From positions 74,028,001 through 74,092,000 of the forward strand of contig NC_091472.1 of NCBI RefSeq assembly GCF_036971445.1: a stretch of 64,000 bases of DNA. The letters are read 5' to 3'. Under the pieces are notes generated by a model. That model ran no database searches. It was not told the origin of the DNA and saw only the letters and a program-made list of their open reading frames with translations. The translations under genes and the position numbers were made by a program. Positions 52,401 through 64,000 of the stretch are shown here, piece by piece (positions within the stretch are counted from its first letter, which is position 1; every line of letters begins with the position of its first letter). Source of the stretch: Narcine bancroftii (Eukaryota).

Positions 52401-52679
52401 GCTAAATGTTTTGGGAGATCTATTTTAAAGTTTGAGTATTGGATTCTTTTGGACTATACACATGGAATACATAATTTACAGTTTATTTGTATTGGGAATT
52501 GGAAATTTTACTGTTTTAAAATTTGGCATATTTTAAATTGACTGCTTGATAGAACATACCTGAGCAACTAACACCCATTTTAAAAAAACCTTGTCCCAAA
52601 AGAACAGTAAGCATCTTATTATTCTGTAATCTGGCTGCCATGGTTCCTCAAGTGTGTAGTCCATTTGTTTGTGTGTGTG

Positions 52680-53290
52680 TTAAGAACTAAAAAAAGGAGC
52701 CGGAATCGGCCATCCGACCCATTGAGTCTGTTCCACCATTCAATAAAATCACTGTTGTTCTGGCCATAGGCTCAGTTCCAGTGACCTGCCTTTTCCTCAT
52801 CACTCCAAATTTTTCAATTATTCAAAAATGTGTTTGTCTCTATCTTAAATATACTTGATGAGACAGCCTCTACTGCTTTATTGAAAGCACTGCCTGGGCA
52901 AAGCAATTCCTCTTCATCTTTGTCTTGAATCTTCTCCCTTAATTCTTGAGGCTATGTCCTCTAATTCTGGTTTCACTTGCCAATGGAAACAACCATACCT
53001 ATTTCTTTCATAATTTTATGTTTTGATAATGTCTCCCCTCATCTTTCTAAACTCCAATGAGTACAGTCCAAGCTGACTTAATATTTCTTCAATAAGGTAA
53101 ACCCATTTCCAGAATCAACCCTCCAAACTTCTTCTGCGCCACCTCCACAATCAGAATATCCTTTCTTAAGTACTCCAGATATGGTTTGTCACCAGTACCC
53201 TGTACAGTTGCAGCAGAACCTTCCTGCTCTTAAGTTTAATCCCTCTTTCAGTGAAGATCAACAACCCACTTGCATTCTTGCAAATTTTTT
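52680..53290 (-). mobile_element. CR1-type 3' fragment
   Basis: Reverse CR1 3' end ggagccggaatcggccatccgacccattgagtctgttccaccattcaat and decayed C-terminal coding sequence. Confidence 0.7.
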
Positions 53291-54702
53291 TTGTGACTCA
53301 TTTGCTGTTCTTTCCTGACTGCCCCTAATATTTCTCGTGTGCCTTGTCCAAGTTAGCATTTTGCCTAAATAGAATCTAATCTGGGAGGAACTATGAGACA
53401 ATAGAACTGCATCAAACACCAGACTGTCCTTCCTCAATGTTTGCTCATGCATGTCACATCAAGAGTTGTTAGCAATCAGGAAGAGGCCAATCCAGTAAGT
53501 TTATTATTCACACAATTGCAAGCTTTTGCAGTCACTATTTCTGAGTTTTGACCAGGGTATTACGTGAGCTGGTTTGTTCACCATTGCACCACATTATTCA
53601 CTCAGTTCATGGAAAAGATATATGAAATTAGAATATTGCAGAGTTATGATTGTAATATGATGTATAACATCCCTAACCTGCAAAATAAGATTTGGTGTTC
53701 TATTTTTAAATAGAACCAGACTTATTAAAAAGTAAATGAAATATGCTAAACCATTAGGAAAAATTGGAATCAACAATCACCCACATGTAAAGGGACATTT
53801 GCAGAATCCAAAGGTTTTCCATTGTTTTAGATTAATCTCCTAGAACACCATTGAAACTTACAATTCAAAATATATTTGCCCAATAAGGACAGTATCCCAC
53901 GCTGACGCATTGCTTAAAGACTGATACTTCACTTCTGCGCTAAGTTAACTGACCTCAACCAGTCTTTCAGATGTGGCATTATAATTGATCTCTGTGTCTC
54001 CAATAGCATATTGTTCTGTGGATCCTGTTGGGATCTGCTTGTGTAGACATCTGTTGAAGACAATATCATGGCTCTTCTTTGACTCCACCTTTAATAGGCC
54101 TGACAGGAATTAGTCCCTGCAATATTCTTACTCAGGATGGTTAGCAGGACAAGGTACTAATGAGTCATTAAGAGATAAGGTCATGGTTCGTCTGTTGCGA
54201 TGTGCACAAATGTACAATATTTGTTTGCCTGTAAAGGCACACAGAGATGTTCCATGAGTCCACTGCCTCCTCCAAAAAAAAGAAGCAAAAGAGAGACCCC
54301 TCAGAGGTATTGTGGATTCAACCATCTCCTCTGATGCCACTGCCGCCTTTGCTTCCTTAACCACCGTAGCCGCATAGACTTGACAATCTAGTGGCAAACC
54401 AGAGCTCCAGGCATACAAGTTACCCTCCTTGGCCCTTGGTTCTGAACCCCCAGTATGATTAGTAAGCTTGTAGGTGCCCAAGGCCTCTCAGGTGCGCTGC
54501 TCACAGTCATGACTCCTGATCTCAATACCTAGTCTCCAGAAGCCAGCCTCCTGTGCTCTAGTCTCCTACTATGTTCTTTTACCTTGATGGCTCATCTCCA
54601 AGGCTTCTTCCTTACAGTGTGGAGTGTTCTTTTATTCTGGTGCCCTGCTGCTCCCCAGGAGCCTGCAGTCCTCATGGTCAGGGTTGCCAATTGTGGATGC
54701 TG

Positions 54703-55940
54703 CCTTTTTTTGTAATATTTTATTTATCATTTTAAATATATTTAGCAGTCAATACATTTAATCATACAAAATACAAAATGGCAAGAAAACCCATCTCTTC
54801 ACCCCCACCCCTCTGTATAAATCCAATTAAACAGAGAAAAAATGAAAAAGAAAATATCCATTGTCAGTGCGTACTGTAAAACACATAGAGACGTGATCGT
54901 ACCACAGTGTTATAATCTTTAGAGGTCTGTTGGCTAGTCAGTAGCGATTGTAGCCTTGTGGTGGTGCCAGTGAGGTACCTATATGTTCTAAATAAGGCTG
55001 CCAGATTTTTAGGAAGGTGTTTTTCTCCCTTCCTAAAACTGAATGTGACCTTTCTTTTTTTTTTTTTTTTTTTTTTTTTTTTATTTTTCACACCATAAAT
55101 CACAATAGCCATGATATACACTTTTTCTTTTCCACACATTTACAGTGACTTTTTCTCCCTCCCCCCTCCCTCCTCCCAAGCCACCCCCCCATCCCCCCCC
55201 CCTCTCATCCATTTTAGTTATACAATCTAGGTTGCATTAATTCAGTTAGACAATGTTGTCATTCAACAAAAATACACCAGAAATTCTACTGAGTCCATTC
55301 TTTTCTTCTCTTCTCCTTCCATCAACTTAGGTAAGAATGTGACCTTTCTTAAGGGGAATGCAGCTAATCATTTCTGAAGACCTCTATCAATGAGGAGAGG
55401 GGAGTCAGATTTCCATGTTAATGCTATACATTTCCTGGCCTCACTCAATACAGTTTCTGCGAATTTAATTTGGAAATTAGTTAGCAATCTACCAACACTT
55501 GTAAAATTCCCCAGAAGACAAAGCTCTGGGTCAACTGGGAAAGTGACTCCTATGATCTTAGGATGTCGCAAAGGTCATACAAGAAGGGTCTCCCCTTCGT
55601 GCAGAGCCAGGTAGAATGTAAGAAGGAACTAACCTCTATACCACACCAAAAGCACAAAGGTTTATATTGGTGTAATTTCTGTGGGGTGAGGTACTGCTGA
55701 TAGAGAATGAATTATGGATGCTATCTTCTTGGCCAAGGACCTCTATGGGTTTTCAGATGTAATAAAAGTGCTCTGGGCCCATTCCACAAAAGGTTTAAAC
55801 CTGAATGAGGCTGTCAGATGTGACAACTGGGCAGAAGGACCCCGCAGACGAGTGCTGCACGACAAATTTCAGCTCCTCTGGTCTGCACAAGAGACAGTGC
55901 TGCCGTTGTCACACACACTGCAGTGCCTTGAGCTATCACC
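54703..55940 (-). mobile_element. L1/Tx1-type LINE 3' fragment
   Basis: Minus peptide IIGVTFPVDPELCLLG...ARKCIALTWKSDSP; T-rich tail at the left end. Confidence 0.75.
55057..55334 (-). mobile_element. Young L1-type 3' UTR insertion nested in the older L1/Tx1
   Basis: Perfect 16-bp TSD gaatgtgacctttctt (55041-55056, 55335-55350); ~28-nt pure poly(A) with AATAAA and G-tracts on minus; TT|AAGAAA target. Confidence 0.85.
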
Positions 55941-56259
55941 TTGAGATGAAAACAGTTGGCTGAAGAAATGGAGAAACAGGAATCTTTCAATTTAAGCATT
56001 CAGTCTTTGTATCTGATCAGTTTTCAAGATTAATTTTGTAATGAATTGAAATATTTGAGAATCCAATACTTCAACCTTAAATTTTGCACAGAAAAATGAA
56101 AATAAACAGAGAAACCAATCTTGCTTTAACTGTTGTCTTCAAATTTCAGTCTAATTCTTGAAAATTATGGATGATAAGGAGATATTTCATGAATTTTAAC
56201 AACTAAATGCAGAACTGACACAGAATAAAAACAAAGGAGCTATTTCTTTCCCAATTTAG

Positions 56260-56388
56260 GCTACCGTACATTAGGTCGCCTGGTTATCCCAGTCAGACTG
56301 GGCCTGGTGGACGTCCTGTGTTTCCACCACAACATCCCAACTATGGCAACACTCAGGCTCCCTTGATGTACCAGCCTGACCAGTACGG
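56260..56388 (+). CDS. ARID1B: ARID1B probable alternative cassette exon (129 nt, phase 2-2, 43 aa)
   Basis: tttctttcccaatttag acceptor and GG|gtaggt donor. Open in exactly the phase left by exon C: (R)LPYIRSPGYPSQTGPGGRPVFPPQHPNYGNTQAPLMYQPDQY(G). P/Q/G/Y-rich like the neighbouring exons; GC-rich island in AT-rich intron. Confidence 0.85.
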
Positions 56389-56519
56389 GTAGGTAGATGT
56401 TATATGATTGGATTTGCTGTGGGACCACAATGTTTCCCAACTAGATTTATAACCCAACTGCAAAACAAGAGGATTGTTCTTTGTGGTTTCCTTTCTTGAT
56501 TCTGTTTAGTTATGTTTTG

Positions 56520-56587
56520 TACTAACCAGAGCTATGAGAGAATGAAAAAAAAAATGCATGCCTCACACCTGCATGGCTTTTGGCATG
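56520..56587 (+). promoter_or_regulatory. Intronic splicing-regulatory cluster: TACTAAC (QKI) plus 2x TGCATG and 1x GCATG (RBFOX)
   Basis: TACTAAC 56520-56526, TGCATG 56555-56560 and 56570-56575, GCATG 56583-56587; all 130-200 nt downstream of the cassette exon donor. Confidence 0.7.
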
Positions 56588-59029
56588 ACTGAACCTTTTC
56601 CTGCCTAACGGGGAAGTTGTAAACCACAGTGCAGAGCTATTACATTACAAAAAGTGGGGAATGCAATGCATTGAAAAATTTCAAGACCTTCTCACTCCAT
56701 ATTTATTTCAAAGTCCCATTGAAAGAGTTGAACACTTGAAAGCTAAATAAATTGTATTTGACTCAAATGTGTTTCCACTTGCTGATACCCTGTACTTTCA
56801 GGCATTGGATTGAAGCTTAACTGAACAGCTATAGTTTTAACTGTCTGCAATATTAGATGGGGCAGGAAACCTGAGGTACATTAAAAATATTTGCACATCA
56901 TTGTGTAATAATTCAGCTTAAAGACTGACACTTCACTTCTGTGCTTTACCAAGTCGAAGAAGATGGGAAAAGTGCCACGACTTGTTTACCCTTTTTTAAA
57001 TGTATTGTGAGCCACTTAGCTCCTCCTCCGAATAATGATAGTTTGGCTTCCAGCTTCAGCCAGTATCACTTTGAGCTGAATTGATAAGGAGGAAGATGCA
57101 TCCAGGGTTAGGGTTAAATTAGTTATTCTCACTGGCCTTTATTTCAATACTTCCCTAAAATTGCTAGAAAAACCACCTGATATAATTAAAAATGTTTTAT
57201 CTTTGCATAACAAAAGATTATTTTTGTTTAAAATAGCAGGTGCTGAAAAAATCATTGGAAACAGTAAGTGAAACCTTTGGACCAAGAAAGTTGTCAATGT
57301 GCCACCTCACTTGTATATACTATGCCTCCTTCCCAGCACAATCTCCCACAATGACATCCCTCTACTATTTTGCCAAGTGGGCCATGTTAGTGTTTTGACA
57401 AGACAATCTTAATTGGATCCTTGCTGTAATTGTAATCTGCATTTTTACCAAGAATACTAATATCAAGTTTACATGATACCCATTTGAAATAAATTAGTTT
57501 AGGTGAGCATTTTCTCAACATGTATTCATATTTTTCTGGCAATTTTTTTAAGGAAACTAATGAATTTACTTGTCGAAGGTGTAGTAAAAATGCTGAGATC
57601 AAGGCAAATGTGTTTAAAGACACTGTACATTTTGTTTTAAAAAGGCAATACCTCATATTGAAGTACTAAAACAGCTGAAACTTCCAAGGTCTATTTTGTT
57701 GAAAAGGCTGAGAACTTATTTTGTGAGTTTTTTGATAAATACTCTTCATTTAGACTTATGTGCTGATGTATATTATCTATGACCCTGGATTGAATCCTGG
57801 ACACCAGTCCAATGCATATAGTATATTTGTCATTTCAAAATGAAGGTACTTGTCAGGTTCATATATTTAAACAAAAATAGAAAGCTTACATTATTTTTTA
57901 TACATGGAAATGATTTTGCAATCCTACTGGTAATTCTGATAGGTGAATTGAATTGTTTATTGTCACATGTACAGAGATATAATGAAAAGCATAGTTTTGT
58001 GTGCCAGACAGGTAGCTTGCAAAAAAGTTTATGGAAATCATTAACAAGATTAATTATCACAATGGTAGCATTTAAATGTAAAACTTACTTTAAAACAGAC
58101 ATTATGTTTGATCTTCTCTCTCTGTCATCAGGCTCTTGCTGTTCATACCAGCCTCCACCACCAAGGCCTTACAAAGCAATACAAATAAGGGATAGCTTTG
58201 GTTGCATTTTGTCAATGACTGTGATAAATATTTGTGTTTGAAGTTGATGCTTTTGAATCATCTGGTTGTTCAATGCAAAGTGGAATGAATTAAAAAGGGC
58301 TTGAAAATAATGGGACAAGAAACTGCTATACCCTGACTAAATGGTGGATAAAATGGCAAGTACAGATTTTACAGAAGGATCTGGAAAGATACATCATTGG
58401 TCACTGTTTGAAAAAGATTAATTGTAGTTTCGAGGGTAAACCATTCATCAAACTTTGCTGCAGCCACTGTGTTTTCATTTCAAGTACTGATTTCAAGTAT
58501 TTACATTTTCAAAATTTACAATAAACCAAGCATCATATTTTAAATCATAAACACCCTGTAATACAGCTACCTTCAACAAAATTAAGTTGAATATATGATT
58601 AGTCAGTATGGTAAGAGGTTGTATTGAACCAGTTTGAGTTCAGAACTGGGGTTGAGCTGCTTTTTGTGCAAAATATGAATCAAAAAATGAAAAGTAAATC
58701 AAGGGAACATAATAAAACTATGGATAGACAACTCAGGGCTATTTGTTACAGAATATATATTCTGCTGGGTTTCTCTCAATGAATAATTATCCTGGATTTT
58801 AAATTTGACTCAACTTGGTTTGCAAATTTGACTCCTACGGAATACAGGGACAGGGATCTCTTTTCAAAATTAGCAGGTCTAGCCCACAGAAATGCATTGA
58901 TAGCTGACCAAACCATGCATCCTGGATTATATGGGGTCAAACTGTAAAACTGAGGAGAATTTTAAATGTATGTGAATGACTCGCCATTCATAGTGTTCAA
59001 AAATCATGGAAAACTATCATGTTATAAGA

Positions 59030-59250
59030 ACAGATAGCATAGCAATTATATGGCTGGAATCCACCGCTGTCTGTAAGGAGTTTGTTCATTCTCCCCATCT
59101 GCGTTGGTTTCCTCTGGGTGCTCTGGTTTCCTCCCACCCTCCAAATCGTACGGGATTGCAAGTTAATTTGTGTGTAATTGGATGGCATGGGTTTAAATGG
59201 CCAGAATCACCTTCCACTGTGTTGTAAGTAAAAAAAATTTAAACTTAAAA
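59030..59250 (+). mobile_element. V-SINE
   Basis: cgctgtctgtaaggagtttgttcattctcccc...ggtgctctggtttcctcccac. Confidence 0.8.
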
Positions 59251-59609
59251 TTTTTTAATGAAGTATTGGAACACACAAAATGACACTACATTAGATGCTG
59301 AACCATACTACCTTCTCTTGCAGTTGCTGAATCTGGGTTCAGTGATGATTTGCTGGCATGACTAGTGGGAAAAGTTAGGAAGATAGTATTAAAACCAAGC
59401 CATATCTATTCTCCAAGCCAAAGGATCAAAGAGTAAGCAAGTTCTTCCTGATATACTGTCCAAAATTAATCCCTTAACCAAATGGCTAAAAACATGTTAT
59501 CTGGCCTTTGTCTTACCAGTTTAAGGATGGATACCAACACCAAAAGTAATTTATTTGCTGCAAAATATCTTGGAATGGTGAAAGTCCATTTATGAAGAGC
59601 TGTTTTTGT

Positions 59610-59835
59610 TTAAAGAGTACAGCACGGTAACAGTCTTCTGGCCCACGATCCCAAATACTCTGATTAAACTACAAAATCCTTCTGTTTTTATAGGGAGGAA
59701 GTTGGACAACCCAGAGGAAACCCACGTGGGTCATGGGGAGAAATGCAAACCCCTCACAGACAGTGCTGAATTTGAAACCAGTTCACTGGCACAGTGATAG
59801 CATCACGCTAACTGTTACTCTAACCATGTCGCTCC
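59610..59835 (-). mobile_element. V-SINE
   Basis: acccagaggaaacccacgtgggtcatggggagaaatgcaaacccctcacagacag, reverse V-domain. Confidence 0.75.
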
Positions 59836-60094
59836 CAGGTTTTATTAAAGCGCCATTCATTAGTAGAAGTAACATGGGTTTATTTAGGAAATAGTTGTCT
59901 TCTGTTTAAAAAAAATGTTGTCATTTTATTTTGTTTCATTAAGAAATTTCTCTTTGAATTTTGTAATTTTGAGTTTACATCTACTGTTAACCCTTTTTGT
60001 TATTGCTACTTTTTTTTTTCCTGCCCTGTGCCATCAAGGCCTATTTACTTTATGCTAATACTCCAATGTTAAGGGAGGAAACATCAGACATAAC

Positions 60095-60450
60095 GTGGGA
60101 GGTAGCAGTCTCACCTCTTAATTTAAGTTGTGGATTCAAGTACCATTCTCAAGATTTAAATTTGAGAATGTAAGGTTACACTTTACTGTAGTACAGAAGG
60201 AGTGCCATCTTTTGGATGTATTAATTCCAAGCCGCATCTGATTTCTGGGTGAATATAAAGATCATTTTTGAACCAATTGGCAAATGCTTATCTGGTCATT
60301 ATCATATCCTTTTTGGGTCTTAAATGTGTACATGTTGGCTGTATTTTTCCTTGTACTCCAAAAATGACAACACCTGAAAATTGCTTGAATTGGATTTATG
60401 GCATTTTGACTTCTTGAAAGTAATGTGAAAGCCTCACATTAACCTTTCTT
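60095..60450 (+). mobile_element. Ancient DeuSINE-like (SacSINE1/AmnSINE-type) remnant
   Basis: ggtagcagtctcacctct...gttgtggattcaagt...gtagtacagaaggagtg resembles recalled DeuSINE layout; heavily decayed. A similar remnant lies at ~29800-30140. Confidence 0.4.
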
Positions 60451-60559
60451 GCAAACAATTTCAGAGAGATAAATGTTGTCTCTGCTGTGAGTGGAGTGGA
60501 TTAATGATTCTCCAATTACTGCATTTCCGTGTCATTTTTGGATTACTTGACAAATTAGG

Positions 60560-61262
60560 TAGGAATGCAGACCCAGCAGAGCTGGGAGCACAGATGCAGT
60601 GCTGCTTTGCAGGGTCCTACTGCCCAGTCATAATGCCAACGGTTCCATACAGGATTTGAATGGCCTGTGAAAGGAACGACAGTGTTTTTTAAAATCCCCT
60701 ATCCACGGTGTTCTTGCCCAAAATGGCAGCTCCTGAGCTGAGCAGCATTCCATGAGGGGGTTTGCAGACTCCAGGGAGCAGTGGACTGGTGCAGGGTACT
60801 AGAAACAGGGAGAACACCGCCTCTTGAGAAGGAGAAGCATAGGAGATGACTCTACAGGATGGTGACCACTACAGCGGACCAGCGAGTGACTCAACGGCTG
60901 GAAGGACCCACTCAGGCTGCGGGCTGCTGGAGACTGGCTCATGGGAGCTACTTCTCAAAATCGGATTTCGAGAGGGTGCTGAGGGCAAGAAGGGCTCTCG
61001 AAAGGCTTTGGTGCTTGGTGCTGAAGGCTTCTTGATCGATTCGGGTGTTTGGATTTAGAGCTCAGGTTGCCAATGGTTAGAATTGAAGTCTTTGCTCAGT
61101 GTCTCTGAAGGCACTCTCTTTTGCTTCTCTTTCTCCTATTGTTAGGGTCACCAGGCAATGCTCATAGCAACTCTTTGTTTGCCTTAAGGCAGACAAAGCT
61201 GAAGTATATCATGTATAATACATTTTTAATGTATTATTAAATGACAAAATAAAACTTTGAAC
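60560..61262 (+). mobile_element. Unclassified GC-rich non-LTR repeat (Rex/Babar-like 3' tail)
   Basis: GC-rich block ending ctctttgtttgcctt...atgacaaaataaaactttgaac; loosely similar to minus-strand 54130-54700. Confidence 0.4.
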
Positions 61263-63199
61263 AATTGAGGATGTGCCCTGCTATTTATTGAAACATTCAC
61301 ATATGACTTTTGATACATTTTGGAGAGAGTTGCATGAGAGCCATAGTTGAGAAATGAAACAAGATTCCAATGGATTTTGGTACGTTACCTTTCTCATACT
61401 GAAATATGAAACCAATTCATGGCAGGAGGAAGCCAAGCTAGATGTTGCCATAGAGGTGAATGACAGACAAAATATGAGCACTGCTACTTGATTCAATTAC
61501 CTCATTTGTTGAGAAATGATGAAAGAAGTTGCATATTTACCAACACCCAAGATATTAAATTGAGTCTAATTAATGGAACAACCCCATACACTGGATTATA
61601 TTTTGATATTCTCATCTATCTCGCTGTCTCCACATTCCTTTGCCTCCCCTTCCCCATCTCCAGCCACTACTGATATTAAACCTCATTGGTATGGAAATGA
61701 ATCATGTACCCTGTTGTGCCACCACCAATTGTGGCCGATCCATTTGTTTGGTACATGCTATTATTCTCACTCATAGGACTCTTCTGACCAAATGGAGCAT
61801 ATATTAATGGTAGACTTGCTGTTATCTTGCAATTAACAGCTGAAGGCTGTGAGGTCTGCTGGTATGGTGGAATATGAGGCCATCACAGCTGCTTGGTGAC
61901 AGGATTCGTCAATCACATTTTGTCCAACACTTAGTCAACTGGAGTTGAAGTTAGCCACAAAATTAGAATCCGAATAATGCTAGCTTTAAATATTTTCCTT
62001 GTGATAATCCCCCATAGAGCCTACAACCCCCTCACAGGGCATGCTGAAAGATGACTCTGACCCCCTCTTCTCAAAGGATTAATATTTTCGATGTATTGGC
62101 TCACATACTAATACTTTGGTTCTTGGAAGAAATGCAGTTAAGTTTTCAGCAGGTGACTCACATATCAAGTAGCCCATGGGACTTGTCTGAGTTCTACACG
62201 CAACTTGGTCTATCAATTAATAGATTTCAAATTTTGAACATTTTCATAGCACTATTAGGCATCAACAATTTTTGTTTTAACCAGAAGTAGTGTAAAGCTG
62301 GATGTTTTTGTTTTCACCCATGGAATAAGTGCCATGCTGACACATCACATATCAAACAAGTGTATGCAAGCCATCTCTGAAGACTTGCATCTTACGTTGA
62401 TTAAAAAAGTGACAAACCTGATATTGGCCTATCATTGCCACAATAATATCCCAGCAGTGTATTTCGAGCAGAGTGGATAGGGCGTCAAAATGGATGAGTG
62501 TGAGCCAAAAGTATCTTAACTAAATGGAGCAGGGTTACTTTCACCTCTGTTGAAACAATAAGATAGTGCACCATGTTGGACTAGAAAGATCATGTGGTTA
62601 TAATCCCACAAGTTGTGCATGTAGGTATAAAACATTATTTCTAATGTTCTCACAAATATTCTTTTTCTGGCCACGGTTTTCACCTCTAGGATAGCTTTGG
62701 TTCATACCTTACAAGTCACCTTTAAAATTGTGTTGAAGCAACATATAGCAAAGGGCTTACACACAAAGAAAAGTGTTTTCTGTTTGCAGGACTGATTTGT
62801 GTTGGAGGAATGTAGTGGAGACTCAGAAACAGCAGGGGCTTCCGCGTAGTTGTGCCAGAAGGAATCTGTGCTTGCAGTATTTAGTTCCAGGTACACCTTT
62901 TGTATCTTCAACACCTTGATGTGAACAAACGTTTTCCACTGGTAAATTCTAAGAACCCAGAGAAACCTATGTACTAACTGAAGAAAAGTTTAAAACTCTT
63001 TTATGACAGCAGTAACTTAGCTATTATCAATGAAATACATACCTAAGCCAAACTTCCCACATCTTTCATGCAAATATTCCTGAGCCTGCATTCTGAACAC
63101 CATTTACCCATTCTCTACATCCAGCCACCCAATTACACAACATGATTGCTCCTTTAACAGCATCCTCTTTCTGAGAAACTGAATACTGTATTTAGCCTG

Positions 63200-63390
63200 C
63201 TTTCTGCAACATAATTGCAGTTTAGGGTGGATAAAGACAGTATATCATATCTTGATGAAGGGCTTAAGTCCAAAATATTGGTTCTGCATCTTTATCTTTA
63301 CTATATAAAGTACCCTGTTTGACCTGCTGACTTTCTCCAGCATTGTGTTTTTCAATTATGGTGTCTGCAGACCTTTGTGTTTTACTCTCT
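63200..63390 (+). mobile_element. Penelope pseudo-LTR fragment
   Basis: cttgatgaagggcttaagtcc...gacctgctgactttctccagcattgtgttt, same terminal sequence as 11820-11935. Confidence 0.7.
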
Positions 63391-63479
63391 ACAAGCTAGT
63401 CCGTTACTTTATTTTGCAATAATAATTGTCATAGTAGATTAGTTAATTTTAAAAAATTATTTTACTGCATTGATCTCAT

Positions 63480-63785
63480 TCTATCCAAATAAACTGTAGA
63501 ATTATGATTGGTGTACCAAGGGGAGTTTCAAGTGTCTGGCTGTTGAAAGAAACTGTTCTTGAATCTAGAGGTTCTAGTTTTCAGGCTTCTGTCCCTTCTG
63601 CTTGAAGGTAGCAGTGAGAAGAGGTTGTGACCAAGGTGATGGGAGTTCCTCATGATGTTGGCTGCCTTCTTGAGGCAGCGCCTCACATAAATGTCTATAA
63701 TAGATGGGAGGTCAGAACCTATGATGGACCTGGCTATAAGTGCTACCTTCAGTAGCCTTCTGGATTCCTGGGCACTTGAATTGAA
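63480..63785 (-). mobile_element. Rex1/Babar 3' fragment
   Basis: gaaagaaactgttcttgaatctagagg...ggctgccttcttgaggcagcgcct. Confidence 0.7.
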
Positions 63786-64000
63786 AATAAAAAGCAGGAT
63801 CTTCTCTGAGTAGAGTGATGAGCTATTGCACAGAATCTGTTGTGTAGATTTCTCTCATTTCTTTTGTTAATTTTTCATATGGCTCATTGTGGGCTTTAAT
63901 GGCATTTGTTGAAGTGCATTCATTTATAATTTTACTGTTTTAAAATAAACAGGGGTTGCAGACAATAGGAATGCAATCCATGGTTGTGAAATTGGTCGTG

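Overview
Eukaryotic (vertebrate) genomic DNA, not microbial. The repeat content (HE1/V-SINEs, shark-type CR1, Penelope, Rex1/Babar) points to a cartilaginous fish, probably a ray; this is inferred, not proven. The window lies inside ARID1B (SWI/SNF-BAF subunit, + strand). It holds three constitutive exons (1736-1825, 13676-13846, 49125-49464) and a 129-nt symmetric cassette exon (56260-56388) that the ORF track misses, followed by a QKI/RBFOX motif cluster. The introns are full of nested transposons: four young, near-identical RTE LINE copies (AviRTE-like), CR1, Penelope, L1/Tx1, Rex1, V-SINEs, solo LTRs, and hAT, pogo and Harbinger-like MITEs. The most unusual structure is a single insertion at 24377-26475, bounded by a perfect 16-bp target-site duplication (TSD). 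It fuses an RTE 3' end to rearranged endogenous-retrovirus sequence (RNase H, integrase C-terminus, env remnant, PPT, LTR start). Also notable: inverted near-identical RTEs bracket two exons that would back-splice into a 261-nt stop-free circle; a 77-nt GC-rich polyadenylated retrocopy of unknown origin has a 19-bp TSD; and there are several short locally templated duplications. Family assignments rest on recalled motifs, not database searches, and repeat boundaries without a TSD are approximate.
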